64,000 nucleotides of DNA from Octopus vulgaris (Eukaryota). Where the stretch lies: NCBI GenBank assembly GCA_951406725.2, contig OX597832.1, positions 56,482,001 to 56,546,000 of the forward strand. The letters run 5' to 3'. Of this stretch, positions 52,258-64,000 are shown in pieces. Within the stretch, counting starts at the first letter, position 1, and each line of letters begins with the position of its first letter. The translations under genes were made by a program, and so were the position numbers. The notes below the pieces were generated by a model that made no database searches, had not been told where the DNA came from, and worked only from the letters and a program-made list of their open reading frames with translations.

Positions 52258-52712
52258 CATACACATATTCATATACATATACATACATATAGGAATGGCT
52301 ACGTGGTAAGAAGCTTGCTTCCTCAAAACATGGTTCCGGGTTCAGTCTAACCGCCTGGCACTTTGGACAAGTGTCTTCTACTATAACCTCAGGCCGACCA
52401 AAGCCTTGTGAGTGAATTTAGTAGATGGAAACTGAAAGAAGTACGTTGTATATACATATATATGTATATGTTTGTGTGTTTGTATTTGTCTCCCCGCCCC
52501 CACAGATACACCACCATCGCTTGATGACCGATGTTGGTGTGCCTTCGTCCCCATAACTTAGTGGTTCAGCAAAAGAGAGTGACAGAATAAGTATTAGGCC
52601 TACAAAGAATATGTCCTGCAGTTGATCTGTTCAACTAAAGGTGGTGCTCCAGCATGGCTGCAGTCAAATGACTGAAACAAGTAAAAGAATAAAAGAATAA
52701 AAGAATATATAG

Positions 52713-52777
<65 letters not shown>

Positions 52778-53559
52778 ATATATATATTATTATTTCTCTA
52801 CATAGGCACAGGTTTGGCTGTGTGGTAAGTAGCTTGCTTACGAACTACATGATCCTGGGTTCAGCCCCAATGCATGGCACCTTGGACCAGTGTTTTCTAC
52901 TATAACCTCAGGCCGACCGAAGCCTTGTGAGTGGATTTGGTAGCCTTTCATCCTTTCAGAATCAATAAATCAAATACCAGTTTGAACACTGGAGGGGGTG
53001 GGGAGTAGTCAATGTAATCGACTTCCATTCCCTTCAAAAGCGGCTTGCTTTGTGCCAAAATTTAAAACCCTTATTTAAACTGTAAAAATCAGTGAGTTAG
53101 CAGAACCGTTAGTACGCTGGGCGAAATGCTCAGCAGCATTTTGTCTGTCTTGACATTCTGAGTTCAAATTCTGCCACGGTTGACCTGGCTTTTCATCCTT
53201 TTCGGGTTGATGAAATAAGTATCAGTTGAGCAATGGGGTCGATTTCACCAACTAGCCCCTTCTCTCAGAATTTCAGGCCTTGCGCTTAGAGTAGAAATGC
53301 TGATTTGTTATCGATATAACCATTTCGAATTTTGTTCTAGTCATTCATTTACTAACACTGCCTATCTGCCTGCTTGCCTGTATGTCTGCCTGCTTGCCTG
53401 TCTGCCTGCTTGCCTGTATGTCTGCCTGCTTGCCTATCTGCCTGCTTGCCTGTATGTCTGCCTGCTTGCCTGTCTGCCTGCTAGCCTGCTTGCTTGTCTG
53501 TCTGTCTGTCTGTGTCAAATGTTTCTTTTCTAAGATCTCAGAACATTATTTGAGTTACT

Positions 53560-54030
53560 ACCACACCAATCATTGTTGTCACCAACACCACATTCACCAC
53601 CAGTGCCACTACCACTACCAACACTACCAACACCACTACCACCAATACTATCGCCACCATCACCACTACCACCAATACTATCGCCACCATCACCACTACC
53701 ACCAATACTATCGCCACCATCACCACTACCATTACCACCACCACCACCAAACGCCACCACTGCCACCACCAACACCACCACCGCCACTACCACCACCAAA
53801 CGCCACCAGTTCCACTACCACCACCACCACCACCACCACCACCACCACCACCACCACCACCACCACCACCACCACCACCACCACCACCACCAATACTATC
53901 GCCACCATTATCACCACCACCACCAAACACCAGTACTGCTACTACCACCACCAATACAACCATCACTAGAACCACCATCACCACCACTATCACCACCACT
54001 ACCACCAATACTATCACCACCACCACAACT
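53560..54030. repeat. (CCA)n-rich microsatellite
   Basis: Direct inspection. Confidence 0.95.
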
Positions 54031-54497
54031 GCTTCATCTTTGAATTGCCCTGCTTCCTGCACTTACATCATAAATAATGCAAGATGGGCTTGTATGTGTG
54101 TATATGTGTGTATATGTATGTATATGTATGTGTGTGTGTGCTTGTGTGTGTGAGTGAGTGTGTGTTTGTGTGTGTGTGTTTGTGTTTATGTGTGTGTTTA
54201 TTGTGTGTTTGCTTCCTGCATTTATATGGTTTTATATTAATAAGTGGATATCTATTTACACACACATATACACACATGCACACACATACACGCATACACA
54301 CACACACAACTTAACATGGAGACATCTACTTTTTGACTGATGGAATTTTGTAAAGTCATGTCTAGAAATGTGTTCTGCCCACCCCCAACCACACAACCAC
54401 CATGCCCTTCAGAATCAATCTCTCAACAATTTCTCAGCATTTTTAATTAAGAGGAAAACACACGAAACAAAGCGTATTGTCCAGCACCAGCTTGTTT

Positions 54498-54498
54498 A

Positions 54499-54597
<99 letters not shown>

Positions 54598-54708
54598 TTA
54601 TATATCTGTCTATCTCTCTATCTTTGTATATATGTAAGTATGTATGTATGTATGTATGTATCTATCTATCTATCTATTTATCTATCTATCTGTCTGTCCG
54701 TCTGTTTG

Positions 54709-54761
<53 letters not shown>

Positions 54762-54819
54762 TTATCTATCTATCTATCAATCTATCTATCTATCTATTTA
54801 TTTATCTATCTATCTATCA

Positions 54820-54859
<40 letters not shown>

Positions 54860-54918
54860 GTCTGTCTGTCTGTCTGTCTATCTGTTGTCTATCTATCTAT
54901 TAATCTATCTATCTATCA

Positions 54919-54965
<47 letters not shown>

Positions 54966-54966
54966 G
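54498..54966. repeat. (CTAT)n microsatellite
   Basis: Direct inspection. Confidence 0.95.
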
Positions 54967-55427
54967 ACCTAATCTACCTACATCATAGATAAATAGATAT
55001 GTATGTACATACATTCACACATACATGTATATACACACACACATAAATACATACATGCACACACATGCAAGCATGGATACATATGTATACATACACACAC
55101 ACACACAAATATAGATACATACACATACATACAGTGGCAGACTGGCCAGGTTATCAGCTTGCCTGATGGCAAGTGGGCCCCCTTAGACAGTAGAGTCCAT
55201 ATATGGGGCCCATGCTAATATGTAAGGGGCCAATGGAAAAAAAAAACTTACTCTCAAAGAAAATATCTGAAGTCTTAGAGAAAGAATAAAAATTTTAAAA
55301 AATAAACAAACAAATGAAACAATTAAGCAAAGCACTTAGTCAAAAAATTCCCTAGAAATCAAAATATATGATATAGCAAGTCATTGTTGATAAAGTGTGA
55401 CTAAATTTATTATACATATTAATGCAA

Positions 55428-55475
<48 letters not shown>

Positions 55476-55539
55476 GCACACACACACACACACATACTCG
55501 TCAATATAAGTACCATAACAATCAACATATTTTTGCCAA

Positions 55540-56450
55540 TGAGTTATAAGTTTGTTTATTCCGGTAACATAAAAATCTTGAGTTCTGGAGCTGATGAACT
55601 CTTAAAATGCACTTTCAGTATTGGTCTGATTTTTGAACTCCTTCTCTAGCAGGAAACCATCAAGGTGCTTGAAAAACTAGCAGTCGATAAGAGAAAGGTC
55701 TGAGCAATAAGCTGGGTGGGGAAGAACTTCATAGCCAAGTTCCCTCAACTTCTAGAACATCATTAGTGAAATGTATGGTCGAGCATTGTCATGAAGAATG
55801 ATTGGCCCTCTTCTGTTGACCAGTCTGAGATGGAGGAGTAACAGTTTTTCATTCATTTTGACAATTTTATGGCAATATGTTTCCAAGAGTGGCTGTGTAG
55901 TAAGTAGCTTGCTAACCAATCACATGGTTCCGGGTTCAGTCCCACTGTGTGGCATCTTGGGCAACTGTCTTCTACTATAGTCTCGATCCGACCAAAGCCT
56001 TCTGAGTGGATTTGGTAGACGGAAACTGAAAGAAGCCTGTCGTATATATGTATATATGTATATATGTATGTGTGTATATGTTTGTGTGTCTGTGTTTGTC
56101 CCTCTAGCATTGCTTGACAACCGATGCTGGTGTGTTTACGTCCCCGTCACTTAGCGGTTCGGCAAAAGAGACCGATAGAATAAGTACTGGGCTTACAAAG
56201 AATAAGTCCCAGGGTTGATTTACTAGACTAAAGGTGGTGTTCTAGCATGGTCACAGTCAAATAAATGACTAAAACAAGTAAAAGAGTAAAAGAGCAATAA
56301 TGGTTTTTCCAGGTTTTATGAATTTATAGTGGATGAGTCCAGCAGTACAGCACCAGTCACCATAACCTTCATTTTGAAGAGCCTGGGTTTAGGGGAGGTT
56401 TCCGGTACTTCATTTTGGTTCAACCACTGCAAAGAACATTTTTTATTATT
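55540..56450 (-). mobile_element. Decayed mariner transposase fragment interrupted by a family A SINE (55886-56294)
   Basis: Minus strand encodes LHDNARPY, plus KWILYNN...QWL...PKP on the other side of the SINE. Confidence 0.7.
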
Positions 56451-56469
56451 GTACAGAATCCACTTTTCC

Positions 56470-57068
56470 TTGCATGCATGCATGGATGCACATACACACA
56501 CATGTATGCACAACCACGCACACACACATCTATACATATACACACACGTACATACATACATATGCATATATGCACGACCACGTACACACACATATCTATA
56601 TATATACACACACATACATACACACGCACATACACATGCATACTTGCATACATACATATATACATGCATGCATGCATACATACATACATACATACATACA
56701 TACATACATACAGTCATACATACATACATATATAAGTACATACATACATACATACATACATACATACATACATGCATGCATACATACATACATACATACA
56801 TACATGCATGCATGCATGCATGCATACATACATACATACATGCATACATACATACATACATACATACATACATACATGCATGCATACATACATACATACA
56901 TGCATGCATGCATACATACATACATACATACATACATACATACATACATACATACATACAGTCATACATACATACATATATAAGTACATGCATACATACA
57001 TACATACATACATACATGCATGCATGCATGCATGCATACATACATACATACATGCATACATACATACA

Positions 57069-57102
<34 letters not shown>

Positions 57103-57137
57103 CATATATACATACATACGTACATACATACATACAT
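56470..57137. repeat. (CATA/CATG)n microsatellite
   Basis: Direct inspection. Confidence 0.95.
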
Positions 57138-57295
57138 TCTTAGATAAAAATTGAAAGTGGAAACAGTACCGAAGTATGTTTACAGTGTTTCTTATTCCTT
57201 TATTTTCAATAGGACAGGACAGTATTTTCATTGTGGCATTAAATGACTGTTATATAATATCACCAGTTTCAATGTAAATGTCCATTTTATCAAAT

Positions 57296-57680
57296 ACTAG
57301 CAGTATCACCCGGCGTTGCTCAGGTTTGTAAGGGAAATAACTATAAAGCATTTTTAGAGAGTTATAGCCAAAAAATAGCAAAAAAATGGAAAAAAATGAT
57401 GGTAAATTTTTTTTTTAGTTAAAAAAGGTCGAGTTGCGTCCCCTAGACAGTTTGCGGTTTGTGTTTCTGATTCTCGACCCCATGTCGAATTTATCGATTT
57501 TTTTCAGAACTGGGGGAACTTTTCAAAATTTTCGCTGCGTTAGTTTTGAATTATGACATTGGGCTATGTGTGTGTCAAGTTTCATCAGAATCGGTTGAAA
57601 GCCGTGGTCAGGGTGAGGGTACAAGCAAACAGACACACAGAAACACGCACAGACAAACTGCCGTTTATATAGAGAGAGAT
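57296..57680 (-). mobile_element. Non-autonomous Helitron-like element
   Basis: Minus strand begins A|TCTCTCTCTATATAAA and ends CTAG|T, with a subterminal GC-rich hairpin-like segment (cccggcgttgctcagg on +). No TSD. Confidence 0.65.
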
Positions 57681-58159
57681 TAAAAAAATCAAATTCAATG
57701 ATCAGGAAATAAGACAAAAATAAAAAAAAAATTAGAAAACAGACATAAAAATTTGAACTTGAAAGCTGTAAACAGTTTCTCCTCATATTCTGTGCATGGT
57801 TAAGAATTTGCTTGATATTTCCTCTTAAGGTCTCTTCTTACATGAGTTGTCTATGTTGGGGGGCTGGAGTTGAGTACAAGAGGTCAAGTGCCAAATATTT
57901 TATTGAAATGAATAGCAGATTTCCTTAACTTTGAATTTTTTTGTATTTGATAAAATGGACATCCACATCGAAACCGGTAGCATTTTATAAAATTCACTTA
58001 ATGTAAGAAATATAAAAATACTTATACTATCTGATTGAAAAGGGGAAAAAAAGGAAAAAAAATCTTTAACTATTCTTCATTGCTGTTTCTACTTTTACTT
58101 TTTTACCTATAACCTTTGATTTGTATGGATTCTTAACCCCTTTTTGTCTATATATATAT

Positions 58160-58222
<63 letters not shown>

Positions 58223-58497
58223 CGTGACTGATCAGGCTATCAGATGTTGCACACTTCGCATTGTTTTAGCCTTCAAATGACACCCCCCAGCTGGCTAAGT
58301 GAGCAGGCCAACAGAAGAAAGAGTGAGAGAAAGTTGTGGCAATAGAGTACAGCAGGGATCACCACCAGCCCCTGCTGGAGCCTCATGGAGCTTTAGGTGT
58401 TTTCGCTCAATAAACACTCACAACGCCTGGTCTGGGAATTGAAACTGCGATCCTATGACCGCGAGTCCACTGCCCCTTAACCACTGGGCCATTGCGC

Positions 58498-58628
<131 letters not shown>

Positions 58629-58635
58629 TATATAC

Positions 58636-58708
<73 letters not shown>

Positions 58709-58712
<4 letters not shown>

Positions 58713-59225
58713 ATATTTCGGAATGGTCATTTTGCCAGTTTAGCCAATAAAAACACACGCACTATATATTTGGTGTTATTTTGCTTCATTGTTATTTATT
58801 TTTTACATTAATCTTAATCTTATTTCGGCCAGAATTCTTTCGTCACACTCCTGTGACCGCATCAGTGGTCCTTTGTTTTCTTCTTTCTTATTTATGTCTC
58901 TCCTTACTAACCGTCAGCCATTTTGTATTTCTATTGTATGTCTTCATTTGCGCATGCTTATATCTCTATGTGTGTTTATGTTTATTTAGTGTGTGTATGT
59001 GGGGGGATGCCTGTAATATTTGCATCTTCTGTTTATATACGTTCATGTAATTTGTATTTTGATTAATGTAAAAAATAAATAACAATGAAGCAAAATAACA
59101 CGAAATATATAGTGCATATTGTTTTTATTGGCTAAACTGGCAAAATGACCATTCCAAAATATAACAATATCTGTTTCAACACACGACTTCACATAAAAAA
59201 TCTTGCACAACAAATATTTAAACGT
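58709..59225. mobile_element. (TA)n-associated fold-back element with hammerhead-like motif (58827-58870, minus)
   Basis: Arms 58709-58813 and 59061-59166. Minus strand reads GACCA-CTGATGCG-GTCAC(aggagt)GTGAC-GAAA-GAAT-TC-TGGCC. Confidence 0.7.
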
Positions 59226-59227
59226 AT

Positions 59228-60850
59228 ATCATCATCATCATCATCATCATCGTTTAACGTCCGCTTTCCGCGCTAGCACGGGTTGGACGGTTTGACCGGG
59301 TCTGGGAAGCCAGGGGCCGCTCCAGGCTCCAGTCTGAATCTGGCAGAGTTTCTACGGCTGGATGCCCTTCCTAACGCCAACCACTCCGTGAGTGGATTGG
59401 GTGCTTTTTACGTGCCACCTGCACAGGGGCCGGAGGGTCCGGCATCGTCACGATCGGTTCGAGCATTTTAACGTGTCAGCGGCACGGGGGCAACGAGGTC
59501 CGGGGTACTTTGGGGATCGGGGTACTTTGGGGATCCAGGGTACTTTGGGGATCCGGGGTACTTAGAATGGGTAGGGGGTATGTGGAATTGCTGCAGAAAG
59601 CAGCCCGGGTCTTTGTAGTCACAGCATATCTCCAGAGATCTCGGTCCTTCGCCATTGCCTCAGTGAGGCCCAATGCTCTGAGGTCATGCTTGACCACCTC
59701 ATCCCATGTCTTCCTGGGTCTACCTCTCCCCTGATACCTTCAACTGTTTGGGAGTGGCACTTCTTCACACATCTCTCTTCATCCATCCGCAGCACATGAC
59801 CATACCATCGCAAGCGTCGCTCTTGCACACCACATCTGATGCTTCTTATATCCAGCATTTCTCTCAGGATACTTACACTCTGTTTTGCGTGCACACTGAC
59901 ACTACACATCCAGCGGATCATGCTAGCTTCATTTCTTTCAAGTCTACGCATGTCTTCTGCAGTCACAGCCCATGTTTCATTACCGTGAAGCATGGCAGTT
60001 CGCACACATGCATCATACAATCTACCTTTTGCTCTGAGGGAGAGGCCTTTTGTTGCCAGTAGGGGTAGGAGCTTTCTGAACTTTGCCCAGGCTATTCGTA
60101 TTCTAGTGGTGATACTCTCTGTGCATCCACCTCCGCTACTAACTTGGTCTCCCAGGTAGCGGAAACTATCAACTACTTCTAGTTTCTCTCCCTGGAGTGT
60201 GATAGAATCTGTTTTCTGAGTGTCTGTTGTGTCTATTGTCCCTGTGCATCTGCCGCACATGAAAGCTATCTTATCTGTTAATTTCCCTTTAATGTTGCTG
60301 CACCTCTTATGTGTCCATAACTTACATTGGGTGCATCTTATGGAGTTTCTACCTGTACCTTTCCTACAGGTTGAGCAGGGCCACCTACCCGAGGGGATGT
60401 GTGTTGAGTACCTCTTTCTGCTTACTAATACTTTGGTCTTTGCTACATTTATTCTAAGGCCCTTTGATTCCAACCCTTGCTTCCACACCCGAAATTTCTC
60501 TTCTAGTTCCGGTAGTGATTCTGCTATGAGAGCTAGGTCATCGGCATAGAGGAGCTCCCAGGGGCATCCCGTTTTGAATTCCTCTGTTATTGCCTGAAGG
60601 ACTATGATGAATAAAAGGGGACTGAGGGCTGAGCCCTGGTGCACACCTACTTCTACTCGGAATTCTTCACTATATTCGTTGCCAATCCTAACCTTGCTAA
60701 CAGCCTCTCTGTATAGAGCCTGTACAGCCCTTATTAGCCATTCTTCAATCTCCAGTTTCCGCATCGACCACCAGATAAGGGAACGGGGAACCCTGTCAAA
60801 GGCTTTCTCCAAGTCTACAAAAGCTATGTAGAGGGGTTTATCTTTAGCTA

Positions 60851-60851
<1 letters not shown>
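59228..60851 (-). mobile_element. 5'-truncated RTE-clade LINE (RT with embedded PHD finger), (GAT)n tail
   Basis: Motifs DLEKAFDRV, GVHQGSALSPLLF, LYADDL, FRYLG and RLRWYGHV. Frameshift near 59730. Tail reads atcatcatcatc on +. Confidence 0.92.
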
Positions 60852-60892
<41 letters not shown>

Positions 60893-60893
<1 letters not shown>

Positions 60894-61379
60894 TACAAAG
60901 TGAGATAGGGGTTATGAGTGTAACCCACTATGGGATATTATTTATCCACTATACTGCCAGTGAAGTACCTAAAAGGCTAATACATAAATGCTTACAATTG
61001 CAATGCAATTAGTTCATTTATTGTATTATATGGCCGAAGGTAAAATGTTTTACCTTAAATTCATAATACAAAATAAGAAAATGGAGGAATAGATTCCTTT
61101 CAATCATCAACTTCCAGATAATACCAATTCATATAATTTATCAACTAATTAATTAAATAGGAACATCCAAATCCACCGGAATAAAACAGAATAAAACAAT
61201 ATATATCAATAAGTAAGATATATCTTACTTATTGATATATATTGTTTTATTCTGTTTTATTCCGGTGGATTTGGATGTTCCTATTTATTTAATTAATTAG
61301 TTAATAAATTATATGAATTGGTATTATCTGGAAGTTGATGATTGAAAGGAATCTATTCCTCCATTTTCTTATTTTGTAT
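60893..61379 (-). mobile_element. Family F fold-back element between (TA)n tracts
   Basis: Near-perfect palindrome 61066-61379 (axis 61220/61221) plus a ~170-nt tail homologous to 21372-21546. Confidence 0.85.
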
Positions 61380-61402
61380 ATATATATATATATATATATA
61401 TA

Positions 61403-62532
61403 GTCAGTAGCAGGGGAGGGTGCACTGAAAGTGTAGCTACTAGGATAAGACTAGCCTGGGCTAAGTTCAGAGAGCTCTTACCTCTGCTGGTGACAAAGGG
61501 CCTCTCACTGTACGAAGGTAGACTGTACGATGCATGTGTACGAACAGTGATGCTACATGGCAGTGAAACATGGACCGTGACTGCTGAGGACATGCGTAAG
61601 CTTGCAAGGAATGAAGTCAGCATGCTCTGATGGATGTGTAATGTCAGTGTGTATACTCGACAGAGTGTTAGTGCCTTGAGAGAAAGGTTGGACCTAAGAA
61701 GCATCAGATGTGGTGTGCAAGAGAGACGACTGCGCTGGTATGGTCATGTAGCGAGAATGGATGTGGATAGCTGTGTGGAAAAGTGCCACACCCTAGCAGT
61801 TGAGGGAATCTGTGGAAGAGGTAGACACAGGAAGACCTGGGATGAGGTGGTGAAGCATGACCTTCGAAAATTGGGCCTCACCAAGGCAATGACTAGTGAC
61901 CAGGACCTCTGGAAATATACTGTGCTTGAGAAGACATGGCAAGCGCAAGTGTGACCATAACCTCGTGGCTTATGCCAGGGGTGTAACCAGTCCACTTATG
62001 CATGCCTTTCCTTCATTGGACACTAAACTCTGCTTGCGAAGACCTGTTGAAGCACGTGAAATCGAAATCAAACTCGTGATTGGCATCTGTTGATAGTGGA
62101 GCGCTAAGAGTACCATACGAGTCAGATTGTTGTCAGAGCAACAAGCTGGCCTTCATGCCAATGGCACATTAAACATACCATTTGAGCATGATCATTACCT
62201 GCGTCGCCTTACTATCACTTGTGCTGGTGGCATGTGAAAACACATTTGAGCGAGGTCATTGCCAGTGCTGCTGGACTGGCTCCTGTGCAGGTGGCACATA
62301 AAAAGCACCATTTGAGCGTGACCGTTGCCAGTATCACCAAACTGGCCCTCATGCCGGTAGCATGTAAAAGCACCCACTACACTCTCTTGGCATTAGGAAG
62401 GGCATCCAGCTGTAGAAACTTTGCCAGATCAGATTGGAGTCTGGTTTGCCAAACCTTAGTCAAATCATCCAACTCATGCTAGCATGGAAAGCGGATGTTA
62501 AACGATGATGATGATGATGATGATGATGATGA
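61403..62532 (+). mobile_element. 5'-truncated RTE LINE 3' portion with long internally repetitive 3'UTR and (GAT)n tail
   Basis: Encodes ERRLRWYGHVARM...GRHRKTWDEVVKHDL. Homologous to 59600-60140 in the opposite orientation. Confidence 0.88.
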
Positions 62533-62635
62533 TATAGGATCATTTCATTATGCTGAACTGTTAATCCATAAACCTTTTTATTTTCTTTCCATTGTTTTCA
62601 GTCTTTCTCCATTTTTTCCCTCTCATCTCTTTCTG

Positions 62636-62671
<36 letters not shown>

Positions 62672-63213
62672 ATGTGTGTTTGTGTGTCTTTGTCCCCTCC
62701 CCATCGCTTGACAACCGATGTTGGTGTGTTCACGTCCCCGTAACTTAGCGGTTCGGCAAAACAGACAGATAGACTGCATACTAGGCTTACAAAGAATAAG
62801 TCCTGTGGTCGATTTGTTCGACAAAAGGCAGTGCTCCAGCATAGCCGCCATCAAATGACTGAAACAAATAAAGGAATAGAGCGTCTAGCCAATGAGCTTT
62901 AAGTGTCAATTTGACACAGAAAGCAAAATCAATTGATTCCAGGATATCAACCCACCTGTTTGTAGTTTCACAAACAGGAAAAACCATTTTTCTAAATGTA
63001 TTTCCTACATTCTCAGTGCATGTTTACATATAGTCAGAGATAAGTGGTTTGGGGAATTTTATTCTTCTTTCAAGAAAAAGGTTATGTATTGTATCCTGAC
63101 TTTTAGTAATATATATTTTGCATATTTGGATATGTTTGCTAAGCCACTTTATCATTATTTTTTTTAAAGATAATGATAACTTATTTGAATTTTGAATGTA
63201 TATACACACACAC

Positions 63214-63299
<86 letters not shown>

Positions 63300-63361
63300 A
63301 TATGTATGTATATATATATATCTTATCTAAATTAACTATTATTTAACCATCCTCTCGCACC

Positions 63362-63409
63362 GTCTCTGATGAAGGGATATAATAAATATCCTGGAAACAG
63401 TTGTAAGAC
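63362..63409 (+). ncRNA. Minimal type-I hammerhead ribozyme motif in TA-flanked element (~63321-63480)
   Basis: GTCT-CTGATGA-aGGGATAT(aataa)ATATCCTg-GAA-ACAGTTGT-A-AGAC. Predicted cleavage after 63405. Confidence 0.78.
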
Positions 63410-63567
63410 ATTCTATCTATAAATGTTCTAAAATCTACTCAGCCTTGGTTTTTTTGTCTCATTACGAAAAAATTTTTTATATATGTATATATATATATAT
63501 ATTTATATATATGTATATTTATATTTATGTATATTTATATATATATATATATACATGAAGGTACTAC

Positions 63568-64000
63568 ATCATCTTTTAACGTCCGCTTTCCATGCTAGCA
63601 TGGGTTGGACGGTTCAACTGGGGTCTGGGAAGCCAGGAGGCTGCACCAGGCCCAGTCTGATCTGGCAGTGTTTCTACAGCTGGATGCCCTTCCTAATGTC
63701 AACCACTCCGTGAGTGTAGTGGGTGCTTTTTATGTGCCAGGCGAGGCTGGCATCAGCCACGATTGGTTGGTGCTTTTTATGTGCCACCAGCATGGAGGCC
63801 AGTCAGGGAGGTGCTGGCAACAGCCACATTCGGATGGTTCTTTTACGTGCCACCGGCACTGGCATCACAACTACAATTTCCATTGATTTTTGAGCAATTT
63901 CAATTTCAGTTCCGATTTTACTTGCCTCAACAGGTCTTTGCAAGCAGAGTTTTGTGTCCCAAGAAGGAAAGGTATGCATAGAGGCCATGGGTTATGGCCT
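63568..64000 (-). mobile_element. RTE 3'UTR fragment running off the window end
   Basis: Reverse-complement similarity to 61960-62500. Confidence 0.75.

Overview
This is AT-rich, repeat-dense animal genomic DNA. The SINE, RTE and microsatellite content points to a coleoid cephalopod such as Octopus (inference). The only host gene I can support is a + strand Na+/K+-ATPase beta subunit. Five spliced coding exons (201-341, 9474-9581, 20315-20496, 22210-22311, 26101-26337) join in frame and are followed by a ~3.2 kb TE-free putative 3'UTR. The N-terminal exon(s) lie upstream of the window. The rest is mobile DNA and simple repeats: tRNA-derived SINEs, RTE LINE fragments (one with a PHD finger inside the RT region), a cluster of R4/Dong RLE retrotransposons in (TAA)n, mariner, hAT, TTAA and Helitron-type non-autonomous elements, and a solo LTR. 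The most notable hidden signal is about ten minimal type-I hammerhead ribozyme motifs from sequence-unrelated short elements. They have self-complementary helix III, and most sit in (TA)n tracts as asymmetric fold-back insertions with Penelope-like architecture. One is fused to a tRNA-derived Pol III head. A sister family keeps the fold geometry but lacks the catalytic core. All structures were read by eye, and repeat boundaries are approximate.
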